Numbered from the stretch's first letter, positions 9,518-18,626 are shown. The stretch: DNA of 64,000 nt from Bacilli bacterium (GCA_035367155.1 DAOSJI010000002.1:38786-102785); one strand, 5' to 3'. Notes: generated from the letters alone by a model not told the origin. Translations and numbers: made by a program.

Positions 9518-11034
9518 TTTATTTTTCTTTCTGGTCTAATAATTTTTAAACTTGGTGTTCTTGCAAAGTCTTCAGTTCTTATGACTACTTTATTAATTTT
9601 TTCATATGAGTCGAGAGACTTATTAACTTTGTCAATCTTTTGTTCGAAAAATTGTTGTAAATTTTCTATATTTTTACCGGCTAAAGCACGTTGTCGCGGT
9701 AATAACTCAGCTACTAATATTGTTACTCCATTTTCATTTGTTTCATCATAAACTAGAGAATCTTGAACTTCTTCAAGTTCATTGATTTTATTTTCAATAT
9801 AAGCAGGCGATACGTTTTCTCCGTTTGGTAAAACAATTATTTCTTTAATACGTCCAGTTATATATAAGAAACCCTCTTCATCAATATGAACAAGGTCTCC
9901 AGTTCTAAAATAACCTTCTTCATCAAATGCTTTTTTATTTTCTTCCTCATCGTTATAGTATTTAATCATTAAATTATCGCCTTTAATACGTAATTCATTA
10001 TCGACTATCTTGTATTGTTGATTGGGATAAAATTTTCCAATTGATCTAGGTTTATATGTTGGTTCAGGGTTTCCAGAAACGAGGTTTGCAGATTCTGTTA
10101 ATCCATATCCTGGACAGAAGTGAATTCCTAATTTATTAAATTCAAGTGTTAGATAAGGCGAGACATGAGCGCCTCCAGCAATTACTACTTTTAAATTATT
10201 ACCTAATATACCCATTCCAACTTCTTTAGAAAGTTTGAGGAATATTTCTGCTAAAGCAGGAACTAAAACTAAAATAGTTGGATTAGCGATTTTAATTGTT
10301 TTAAATAATTGCTTCATGTCCGGAGTTGTATAAACCTTACTTCCTGTATAAAGCCCAGTAAGTAAGTTTCTTATAAGGCCAAACACGTGCGTAAAAGGAA
10401 TTAAAGAAACATATACTTGATCAAACGGCTCTTTTAGTCCAAGTGCTCCATTCCAAACACCAGTTAGAAGTGCTTTATGAGACAAAATAGCACCTTTATG
10501 TTTGCCTGTCGTTCCGCTTGTTAAAACAATACATGCAGGATCATCCGTTTTTATAGAAGAAGAAAAAGATGTTAGTTTCTTTTCAAATTTTTCGATTTTA
10601 ATAAACTTAATGTTTGGTAACTTTTCTTTTGTTAATTCCACGACATTTTCCAGCTCTTTTGCGTAAAACAAGGCTTTAATATTGTATTTAAGCATCGAAT
10701 AATAAAGTGCCGTATCGTTTAGTTGTTGTGGAAATAGCGTTGCAACTGCACCATACGCCATAGTACCTAAACTTGCTTTAACAAAGTCGTAATTGTTTGG
10801 TGCAAAAACACCTACATTTTCTTTTTCGTTAATATCGTTTTCTTTTAACTTAAAAGCAATTACAAGTGCATCATCATAAATTTGGTTATATGTGATTTCT
10901 TGTTCATCAACAACACCAATTTTGTCGCCATATTTTTTTATATGTTCCATAAAAAGTGGCATCGTTTTAATTCTTACTAAGTTAGAAAATGTCTTTTCAT
11001 CAGTAAATTGTTTAAAATATTGCGTTTGTTTCAT
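9514..11034 (-). CDS. ANL-superfamily adenylating enzyme (acyl-CoA / acyl-carrier-protein synthetase-like)
   Basis: Intact core motifs LTSGTTGKHKGA, PGYGLTES, FRTGDLV and GRIKEIIVLPNGENVSP. Confidence 0.85.
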   Translation of the reverse strand: MKQTQYFKQFTDEKTFSNLVRIKTMPLFMEHIKKYGDKIGVVDEQEITYNQIYDDALVIAFKLKENDINEKENVGVFAPNNYDFVKASLGTMAYGAVATLFPQQLNDTALYYSMLKYNIKALFYAKELENVVELTKEKLPNIKFIKIEKFEKKLTSFSSSIKTDDPACIVLTSGTTGKHKGAILSHKALLTGVWNGALGLKEPFDQVYVSLIPFTHVFGLIRNLLTGLYTGSKVYTTPDMKQLFKTIKIANPTILVLVPALAEIFLKLSKEVGMGILGNNLKVVIAGGAHVSPYLTLEFNKLGIHFCPGYGLTESANLVSGNPEPTYKPRSIGKFYPNQQYKIVDNELRIKGDNLMIKYYNDEEENKKAFDEEGYFRTGDLVHIDEEGFLYITGRIKEIIVLPNGENVSPAYIENKINELEEVQDSLVYDETNENGVTILVAELLPRQRALAGKNIENLQQFFEQKIDKVNKSLDSYEKINKVVIRTEDFARTPSLKIIRPERKIK

Positions 11035-11046
11035 TTAAGGGTCCTC

Positions 11047-11724
11047 CTAATTCTTATCATAATATTCTGCTAGTTCAAGTTCAATTTCTTTTAACTTATT
11101 TACACAGTTGTTAATCTCATCAATCGTTGGAAATTCTTTTTTAATATGGTCCTTTACATAGAACTTTGGACCAAAAACTGCTTTTTGACGATGGTACCAT
11201 TTTTTCTTCTTTTTATAATACATCGGTAATATTGGAGCGTTAGCAAATAAAGACATTAAAATTACACCGCTTTTGTAATCAGATCCATTTTTATCATGTC
11301 GATTTATTTCGCCTTCAGGAAAAATAGCTACTAAGTGTCCTCTATTTATTCTATCTTGAATTTCTTTAAAAGTTTTCAAAGAAGGATTATCTTTATTAAT
11401 AGATATAACGCGCGACTTTGTCATTAGCCATCCTCTAACTTTATCTTCATATAGATGCTCTGTTGCAACATAGCTAATTCTTCTGAACCAAAAAGCCACA
11501 CCGATTTTAAAAATATCTGTGTAACTAATGTGATTGGCTGAAATAATATACTCACCCTTAAACAAGCCTTTTCGTTTTGTCTTATAATATATTCGTTTGG
11601 GCCAAAAAACAAAAATAAGTGGCCATCCAAAAAACCATTTGACAAAATCATAAAAGAACATCTTATAATCGAAGATTTTTACAAATTTTGATACTTTTTT
11701 ATTACTATCTTTTATCTTTTTCAT
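11047..11724 (-). CDS. PlsC-family (lysophospholipid/glycerolipid) acyltransferase 1
   Basis: HX4D motif NHISYTD, FPEGE block and an N-terminal hydrophobic anchor. 225 aa. Confidence 0.8.
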   Translation of the reverse strand: MKKIKDSNKKVSKFVKIFDYKMFFYDFVKWFFGWPLIFVFWPKRIYYKTKRKGLFKGEYIISANHISYTDIFKIGVAFWFRRISYVATEHLYEDKVRGWLMTKSRVISINKDNPSLKTFKEIQDRINRGHLVAIFPEGEINRHDKNGSDYKSGVILMSLFANAPILPMYYKKKKKWYHRQKAVFGPKFYVKDHIKKEFPTIDEINNCVNKLKEIELELAEYYDKN

Positions 11725-12346
11725 CGAGCTTCTTTCCTAATGAAATAATATAGTTCCTAACATAATTTGTTAAGCGTTCAACGTTTTCTTTTTCGCTTAA
11801 AGAGTGATCATATAATTCCGTTAAATAAATTTTTTCACCAATTATACAACTCGTATAACCCTTTTTCTTAAACTTCTTATTGTGATAAACAGGTACTATT
11901 GGTGCTCCAGATTCCAAGGCTATATAGACAAAACTTGGTGTAAAAGGAAGTAGGTCCATCTCATGTTCTAATGGAAATCTTGCTTCTGGGAAAATAAGCA
12001 ATTTTTGTTTCTTATTCAATGCGTTTACTGCTTTGCTCATAAAAGTAAAATCATAGGCATCTCTTTCAACCTTTATTCCACCAATCGCTCTTGCTAGAAA
12101 ATTAAAGGCTTTGTTGTAGTGAAAAAGCGCTTCACCTATTAATGGTCGTAAATTTGATTGATAAAACACAAAAAGATAAAGAGCGAAATCATATACATAA
12201 AAATGATTTGAAACAACAATCGCTTTTCCTTTAATTCGTCGCCCTTGGGATTTTCTGTTTTCGTAATATACTTTACGACGCCTAAAATAAAACAAGGATG
12301 GTATATATCCCGTGATGCGAAGAAACCATTGAACAAACTTATACAT
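11705..12346 (-). CDS. PlsC-family acyltransferase 2
   Basis: HX4D motif NHFYVYD and an FPEARF block. 213 aa. Overlaps the downstream paralog by 20 nt. Confidence 0.75.
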   Translation of the reverse strand: MYKFVQWFLRITGYIPSLFYFRRRKVYYENRKSQGRRIKGKAIVVSNHFYVYDFALYLFVFYQSNLRPLIGEALFHYNKAFNFLARAIGGIKVERDAYDFTFMSKAVNALNKKQKLLIFPEARFPLEHEMDLLPFTPSFVYIALESGAPIVPVYHNKKFKKKGYTSCIIGEKIYLTELYDHSLSEKENVERLTNYVRNYIISLGKKLDEKDKR

Positions 12347-14264
12347 TATAAATCTTGGCTACTTTGTTTAGTTTAATCTGCATAACAATGTAGGAAACAA
12401 TATTTAGCCCAAACACTGCTAAAACAGCGTATAAAACACTAAAGTCCTTCATTTCAATATTTTGTTTTTTGCATTCCTCATATAGAGCTTTGCTATTTAA
12501 ATAAACAACATAAGCATAATAAGGAGGAAGTAAAATAGATAAAATGTAATGAATTAGTTTGGTCTTTTTTGTATTAAAAACATTAATTTTATTTATAATG
12601 CCATATCGCCATATCGCACCAAACAAGGTTCCCGATAAAACAAATAAGGCAATACTAACAGGAAGAACTTCCTCTTCAATAACGGGTTCTTTTGCTTCAT
12701 GAAAGAGGTGTTTATTTTCTTCGTATTCTTTTTCTAGGCCCAAAGCTTTTGAAACTTTTTTAGGGGTATAGTTTCTTGGCATCCTAAACGCTAGCATAAA
12801 ACCAAGAAAACAGAAAACAGAAACAATAACTGGAACAAGTATCCAAGATAAGTTATGCACTGATGCTTCACTTGCTCCAAATAATACAGCGGCTTTTTCA
12901 ACATTTTCTGCCCAAACAACACCGCTTTTCTCTTTTGAGATAAAAAGCATCTTAATAGATTCATAAACTAGACCACCTGCTATTGCTCCGACAATAGAAG
13001 AAGTAACAGCTTGGGCTGCAAAATACATAGCAGAGTGGTTTCTTTTTGTTAATTTTTCTTCAACTGAAGAGATTTGTGCAGGAATTAAGTAGGGCATCAT
13101 AAAAAACGAACCAATCGCCCATGATCCTATAACTCCTCCTACACAGCCAATAATCATTTGAAGGGTGACATTATTTTCGCCCATTACAAAACGGCTAGCT
13201 AAAACAAAAGAAAGAATACAAACAGAAAAGCTAATTAAGCATGTTTGGTACGCAAATCTAATACCTTTTCGATCCTTTACTTTATTAAATAGATATAACA
13301 TTATTGGCACTGGTGCAAAGGCACAAGTATTTAAAATCGCCATTTGTCCTCCGTCCATTCCCATACCACCATCAATTAAGGTATTCATTGAGACAAGGAA
13401 CATTTGTAGGCCAAAAAATGTACAACAATTAACCGCTAACCATCTTAAGAAAATTCTGTTAGTAAATGTAAGTTTAATACTTTCAATAATTCCAACTTTT
13501 TCTTCTTCCGCTAAAGGAGTAATATCATATCCTTCTTCAATCAATTTTTGTTCATGTTTATCACCTTCTTTAATCATAAAAACAGGAATTAACATTGTTA
13601 GCATAAGTGGAACAAGAATAAAAACCAATTTATCAATTCTAATATTTAAAGCTTTCAATAGTAACGGCACTAAAGCATATGTTAGTACATAAGAGATTGT
13701 ATCGAAAAAAGCTTTGTAACTTGAAACTTTTGTTCTTTGTTTTTCATTAATACATACTGTGGATAAACTTCCATAAAAAGCAATTAAACTCATTGTATAA
13801 GCTGCAAAGAAGATTAATGCCATTATAGTAATCCAAATGGTATTTATAATCTGATTTGTTTCTATGTTTTCTGTATTACCAATAGGTATCCACATTAAAA
13901 CATAAGTAAGAACCATCGGAATAAAACTAACAAGAATAGGAATTCTGCGTCGTCCCCATTTTGTTCTTAGCCCATCTGTTAGGGCTGCTAGCGGAATATC
14001 AATAATTCCATCAAACATCTTTGCCAACGCCCATAAAATTGGAAATATCGCAGGCAAGATTAAAGGTATCGTCGTGATTGCTTGTAGCGATCCTTCCGAA
14101 AGTGCAGCAGGATTAATCGCATCCGTAAAGTAAGCACCTAAAATAACCATCAATAAATTTGGACCAAACCCTGAAGCTGCATAAAGTATCTCCTTCCAAG
14201 GCTTGTTTAATAAGACAAATTTCTTTTTTGGTTTTTCGTTTTGCATAACCATTTCCTTACTCAT
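12339..14264 (-). CDS. GPH/MFS_2-family transporter with an extra C-terminal 3-TM module
   Basis: The loop 2-3 signature DGIIDIPLAALTDGLRTKWGRRRIP aligns with the MelB/MFSD2A motif. About 12 TM segments are followed by a charged linker and three further hydrophobic helices. 641 aa. Confidence 0.75.
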   Translation of the reverse strand: MSKEMVMQNEKPKKKFVLLNKPWKEILYAASGFGPNLLMVILGAYFTDAINPAALSEGSLQAITTIPLILPAIFPILWALAKMFDGIIDIPLAALTDGLRTKWGRRRIPILVSFIPMVLTYVLMWIPIGNTENIETNQIINTIWITIMALIFFAAYTMSLIAFYGSLSTVCINEKQRTKVSSYKAFFDTISYVLTYALVPLLLKALNIRIDKLVFILVPLMLTMLIPVFMIKEGDKHEQKLIEEGYDITPLAEEEKVGIIESIKLTFTNRIFLRWLAVNCCTFFGLQMFLVSMNTLIDGGMGMDGGQMAILNTCAFAPVPIMLYLFNKVKDRKGIRFAYQTCLISFSVCILSFVLASRFVMGENNVTLQMIIGCVGGVIGSWAIGSFFMMPYLIPAQISSVEEKLTKRNHSAMYFAAQAVTSSIVGAIAGGLVYESIKMLFISKEKSGVVWAENVEKAAVLFGASEASVHNLSWILVPVIVSVFCFLGFMLAFRMPRNYTPKKVSKALGLEKEYEENKHLFHEAKEPVIEEEVLPVSIALFVLSGTLFGAIWRYGIINKINVFNTKKTKLIHYILSILLPPYYAYVVYLNSKALYEECKKQNIEMKDFSVLYAVLAVFGLNIVSYIVMQIKLNKVAKIYNV

Positions 14265-14268
14265 ATTT

Positions 14269-15699
14269 CTATCCCTTCTTTCTATTTCTTAAAATATAAT
14301 TACTAAGTTTCCTTACTGTATCTAAATTACCATCTTCATTAAGATTAAAATCAACATTATATTTTATTTTTAGTCGCATAAGTAGGGTAATATAATCTAA
14401 ACTTGATGCTCCTAAATCAAAAATTAAATGAGAATTAAGTCGAATCTCTTTTTTGTCCTTATTTAAAATTTCGACAATTATTTCAATGATCTCTGTTGTT
14501 ATTAATTGATTTAATTCCTCTGTTGTTAAATCGTTTGTTTTAAAGTCATGAAGTGTTATTAACTCTACATTTCCTGCTTCAATTGAATGTTTTAAGATTG
14601 TTCTACTTACTTTTATTGCTTGAGGAGGTGCGATACGATCAAATGTTATATAGACTTTTTCAATATAATATTTGTTTTGTTGTAATCGCTCTAGATTCTT
14701 TTCTATTTCAGCGATTACTTCACTTTTCATTAATTCATGAAAATTATCATCTAGTTCAACAATTAGTGCTAAATACTGCGTGGTGTTTTCTTTAATGCCT
14801 ATAACTGAAAAGCGATTAATCAACTTAAAAGCTAGTGCTTTTTCAATCATGTCTGGATTGTTTTTCTCTCCGTTTGAAGAAACGACAATATCGTCTTCTC
14901 GTCCTAAAAGAAAATAATGATTTCTGTTTTTAGTAGAGATATCTTTAGTATTAAACCAAGTAGAAGGTGTAATTTCTTTAGTTCCTTCTTTTGAAATCGT
15001 TTTATATGCAAGGGAGGTTCCTTTTACAAATAAAATTTTATCTTCTATTTTGTATGATACGGATTCAAAAGGACTTCCAATTGAAGCTTTAATTCTTTTG
15101 TTTGCTCTTAATCTTAATTCTACAGAGGTTATCCCGATTTCACTCATTCCGTATCCATTAAATAAAGGATATCCAATTGCATTAATTATTCTAATTGCCT
15201 CTGGACTAATATAACTTCCGCCCGTAATAAGGAATGTTAGACTATCTCCAAATAATTTAGTTTGTATTTCTTTAAACATCCGTTTAGCAAGTCTAATGCC
15301 GAAACGTGGAAATATTGATTGAATAAAAAGACTAAAAGAAACTGCTCTATCAAAGCGTTTTTTAGTCTTTTTCCCTCTTTTATCAAGCTCTTTGTTGATT
15401 TCCTTATGAACCCCATGCCAAAGAAGAGGAACTGCAAAAAGATGTGTAACTTTATGTCTTTTAATTGTATTTAGAATTGTATCGGTTGAATAATCTTTTA
15501 AAAAGACAAAAGTTCTACTAAAAAAAGCAAACCAAAAATACATCGCAATAAGACCAAAAACATGATAAAAAGGTAAAAAGGCTAAATGTTTTAATTCTCC
15601 GTTATAATGAGTCATTATTAGTTTGTTTTTTCTAATAATTCCTTTAGTATCAAGAATTTGTTGAGCAATATTTAGTCCTTTATATACAGACTTTAACAT
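14269..15699 (-). CDS. C-terminal part of an adenylase-carrier protein fusion (ANL domain from after motif A3, plus a carrier domain)
   Basis: ANL motifs are present but divergent: NGYGMSE, WFNTKD instead of TGD, and GREDDIVVSSNGEKNNP. The C-terminal carrier domain has DLGASSLDYITL. This ORF starts inside the stop region of the upstream fragment. Confidence 0.7.
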   Translation of the reverse strand: MLKSVYKGLNIAQQILDTKGIIRKNKLIMTHYNGELKHLAFLPFYHVFGLIAMYFWFAFFSRTFVFLKDYSTDTILNTIKRHKVTHLFAVPLLWHGVHKEINKELDKRGKKTKKRFDRAVSFSLFIQSIFPRFGIRLAKRMFKEIQTKLFGDSLTFLITGGSYISPEAIRIINAIGYPLFNGYGMSEIGITSVELRLRANKRIKASIGSPFESVSYKIEDKILFVKGTSLAYKTISKEGTKEITPSTWFNTKDISTKNRNHYFLLGREDDIVVSSNGEKNNPDMIEKALAFKLINRFSVIGIKENTTQYLALIVELDDNFHELMKSEVIAEIEKNLERLQQNKYYIEKVYITFDRIAPPQAIKVSRTILKHSIEAGNVELITLHDFKTNDLTTEELNQLITTEIIEIIVEILNKDKKEIRLNSHLIFDLGASSLDYITLLMRLKIKYNVDFNLNEDGNLDTVRKLSNYILRNRKKG

Positions 15700-16225
15700 T
15701 TAATGTTGTCGCACTTGAAGTAAGGGCTATCTCGTTTTCCCACGAGAAATCGTCAATAGATTTATTAGTTGATTCAAGGTGAATTTTTTCAATATTTATT
15801 TCATTTTCTACTAAATTAACATCTTTGTCTGAAATAATTGTCTTAACTTTAAGAAGTTCGATGACATCTTTGTTTAAAGAGGGGCCTAGTTTAACGTTAA
15901 AAAGCACTGGTTTATAACCTGCCATAAGAAGACCCCAAAAAGAAAAAATCCATTCTTTCCGGTTTTCCATCATTAGTCCTACATAACTACCTTTTTCTAA
16001 AGTAATATGTTTACTAAAATAGTTTCCCATTTGTATGGACAATTCTTTTGCTTCTTTATAAGTTATTTTATGAATCTTATAATCGTTTAAATATTCACAA
16101 AATGTGTTTTCTTCTTGATAATGAATGCATTGAAAAATGTCTTTAAAAGATTGTTTAGAATTTTGAAGCAATTCTATACGTTTATTAACAATCTTTAATA
16201 GTTTTCTCATATTAAGTCTGGACAC
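15680..16225 (-). CDS. N-terminal fragment of the same adenylase (up to a degenerate A3 motif), split by a frame change
   Basis: 181 aa ending ...ALTSSATTLNVKVCI where the A3 motif TSGTTGxPKG is expected. The track start is GTG at 16225, and an alternative ATG lies at 16210. Overlaps the next ORF by 20 nt in another frame. Confidence 0.6.
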   Translation of the reverse strand: MSRLNMRKLLKIVNKRIELLQNSKQSFKDIFQCIHYQEENTFCEYLNDYKIHKITYKEAKELSIQMGNYFSKHITLEKGSYVGLMMENRKEWIFSFWGLLMAGYKPVLFNVKLGPSLNKDVIELLKVKTIISDKDVNLVENEINIEKIHLESTNKSIDDFSWENEIALTSSATTLNVKVCI

Positions 16226-16245
16226 CTTTCAATGTTGTTTTTTTA

Positions 16246-16860
16246 CTACTCGTTTGAAAGGGGTTCATCGACACTTATAGTAATTCTTCGGTTGTAGCCT
16301 GTTCCAGTTGACTCAGTTTTAATACCTTTTATCCTTCCCAAAGCGTTATGAACTGCTCGACGTTCATCTGCTGTCATTGGATCAAGTGTAACTGGTTTTT
16401 TTGTTTTAATTACATTTCGGGCTAATCTTTTTGCATGACTAGTAATCTTTCGATATTTATCACTTTTATAGTCATTAATATCGAGTAAAATTCGGACTCG
16501 TTTTTTAAATTTTCGCATTGCAGCGATTTTAACAAGTTCATTTAATGCTGCTAAAGTGCGCCCGTTTTTACCAATTAATATTGAATTGTGATTTGTTTCA
16601 ATTTCTAATATAATAACATCATCATTAAGTGATGGTTTAATATGAGGATCTTCGACAAATAAACTAATAATGCGATTTAGATAGTCGACAACATAGTTTA
16701 CAATGTCGCTTGTTTCATAAACTTCAATTTCAACTTTTTTGCTAAAAAGTCGTTTTTCCTCTAAAAGGATTTCGTAACTTAAGTCTTCAATAGGAATTCC
16801 TAAATCGTTACTAGCTTCCTCTAAAACTTGTTCTAATGTTTTTCCTTTATATGTTTTCAT
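16246..16860 (-). CDS. khpB: Jag/KhpB RNA-binding protein (Jag_N-KH-R3H)
   Basis: C-terminal R3H region LDPMTADERRAVHNAL. Conserved position downstream of yidC, with an ATGA overlap. Confidence 0.9.
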   Translation of the reverse strand: MKTYKGKTLEQVLEEASNDLGIPIEDLSYEILLEEKRLFSKKVEIEVYETSDIVNYVVDYLNRIISLFVEDPHIKPSLNDDVIILEIETNHNSILIGKNGRTLAALNELVKIAAMRKFKKRVRILLDINDYKSDKYRKITSHAKRLARNVIKTKKPVTLDPMTADERRAVHNALGRIKGIKTESTGTGYNRRITISVDEPLSNE

Positions 16861-18281
16861 GCTTTTTTCTTCTTTCTATTCATAATTGCATCAACAATTA
16901 ATGTTTGTGCAATCGAAATAAGTGCACCTGCTAACCAATAAATTCCCATTGCAGCAGGTAGCGTCCAAGACATAACAATAATCATAATAAACATAACATT
17001 CATCATCATCTTGGATTGAGATTGTTGTTTTTCTGCAGCAGGATTTTTTCCTAAACGAACAACTTCCTTCTTAGTACGTTTCTTATTTATCCAAGTTGAA
17101 AGTCTGCTTGAAATAAATTGACTAATACCCATGATTAAGAATAAAACTACCGCTGTCCACCAGCCAGCAGAGAAAAAGTTTTTCGTCATTGTTGCACCTA
17201 GTTGAGCACTTAAGTCGAGCCCTAAAACAGAGTCACTTGTTAAAATAGCACTGCCATTCATTGCCCCCCAAACTGCAATAAAGACTGGAAATTGCACAAT
17301 TAACATCAAAATTGAGCCCATTGGATTAATTTTGTGTTTCTTATAAAGCGCCATTTGAGCTTGTGCAAGAGCTTGTTTTTCATATTTATTAGTATCTGAA
17401 TTTGGATACTTTTGTTGAAGCTTTGCTAGTTCTGGTTGAAGCGCACTCATTTTTTGAGTTCCAATTGTGGTTTTAAGTGTAGCTAAAACTAAAATCCCTC
17501 TAACGATTAACGTCGTTAAAAGAATTGCGCCGACTTGTCCCCAGCCGCCAGCTCCAAATGCAATAGTTAAAACTTCAACTAATGCAGCAACCGGATAAAC
17601 TAATAACCCTTCAATCAGGCCTTTTTGCCAAGCATACTTCCATGATTTAGCACTTACTAATGACTTACTAGTGCCTGTTCCGTATTCACCTTCATGAAGA
17701 GTAATACAACTTCGCTTTTGATTTGCGATTGTCATCATGCTTTTTTCATAAAAATTATTAAAATCTTTATCTGGTACATTTTCAATTCCTAGTTCAAGCC
17801 CGAGTTGATGAACCCAAATCTTCCAGTTAGCCATTAACTCAGATCCATATCCAACGGTTGTTGAATCTTTTACGCCTAAAAATTTATAAAAACCAAATTC
17901 TTTAAAAGATTTGTATTTTACATCTGGCGTTATTGTTTCTGGATTTTCAAGACTCATGCCTTGGGTTTTGTCTGGATGAGCTTCCTTATATTTTGGAAAA
18001 GCCAATTTAAATGTTTCCTCATCGATTCTTTCCCAAAAGTCCATACTTGGTGTGACATAACCTTTGTTTTTTGCATCATTTACAAGTTTTTGGACATGAT
18101 CGTTTAAAACTGCGATTTCAGTGTTATCTTCTAATACCATTCTTGTTAGGCCTGGATCGTAGGTAAACATTAAGTGTGCTTTATCTTCTGGACTACAAAA
18201 GTTAGCAGTACAAGAAGTAAGCAAGACTAGCCCCATAGCTAGCGCAGACCATCTAATTATTTTCTTTTTGCGATTATTCAT
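16857..18281 (-). CDS. yidC: YidC/Oxa1-family membrane insertase, lipoprotein form with a long N-terminal extracytoplasmic domain
   Basis: Lipobox LLTS-C. The conserved insertase core runs from about residue 215 (PELAKLQQKY, KHKINP). The C-terminal tail is basic. 474 aa. Confidence 0.9.
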   Translation of the reverse strand: MNNRKKKIIRWSALAMGLVLLTSCTANFCSPEDKAHLMFTYDPGLTRMVLEDNTEIAVLNDHVQKLVNDAKNKGYVTPSMDFWERIDEETFKLAFPKYKEAHPDKTQGMSLENPETITPDVKYKSFKEFGFYKFLGVKDSTTVGYGSELMANWKIWVHQLGLELGIENVPDKDFNNFYEKSMMTIANQKRSCITLHEGEYGTGTSKSLVSAKSWKYAWQKGLIEGLLVYPVAALVEVLTIAFGAGGWGQVGAILLTTLIVRGILVLATLKTTIGTQKMSALQPELAKLQQKYPNSDTNKYEKQALAQAQMALYKKHKINPMGSILMLIVQFPVFIAVWGAMNGSAILTSDSVLGLDLSAQLGATMTKNFFSAGWWTAVVLFLIMGISQFISSRLSTWINKKRTKKEVVRLGKNPAAEKQQSQSKMMMNVMFIMIIVMSWTLPAAMGIYWLAGALISIAQTLIVDAIMNRKKKKA

Positions 18282-18612
18282 ATTTATCTCCTAGTTTTGA
18301 CATTGCGGTCTTTAGAATTTGCTCGTTTTCCTCAAACGATTTTACTAGAAAGCTTTTTTTAACGACCAAAATGACATCTAGAGGCATTTTAAATGAAATA
18401 TTGTTTCTAATAATTGCCCTTACTTGTCTTTTAGTTTTATTACGACCTACAGCATTAGCAAGTTTACTGCTTAGTGCGATTCCAACGCGAAGATGTTTTA
18501 GTTCGTTTGGAAGATAATAGATACTTGCTGTTTCCGTTCTTAAGAGGGCGCCTTCATTAATGATGGTATTAAATTCATTATTTTTTAAAACTCGGTATTT
18601 TCGCTTCATCAT
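18274..18612 (-). CDS. rnpA: Ribonuclease P protein component
   Basis: Basic 112-aa protein with the RNR-type motif AVGRNKTKRQVR, located directly downstream of rpmH. Confidence 0.9.
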   Translation of the reverse strand: MMKRKYRVLKNNEFNTIINEGALLRTETASIYYLPNELKHLRVGIALSSKLANAVGRNKTKRQVRAIIRNNISFKMPLDVILVVKKSFLVKSFEENEQILKTAMSKLGDKYE

Positions 18613-18626
18613 TTACCCTCGTTATA

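Noticed and set aside
11424-11651. 75-aa same-strand, alternative-frame ORF inside acyltransferase 1. A similar one lies at 12139-12336 inside acyltransferase 2.
   Set aside because: They are fully nested in genes with HX4D/FPEG motifs. There is no independent start context or any sign of conservation.
8237-16245. Calling the lipid operon a mobile genomic island
   Set aside because: It interrupts conserved synteny. However, I see no flanking direct repeats, tRNA attachment site, integrase or mobility gene. I report it as an insertion of unknown origin, not as a mobile element.
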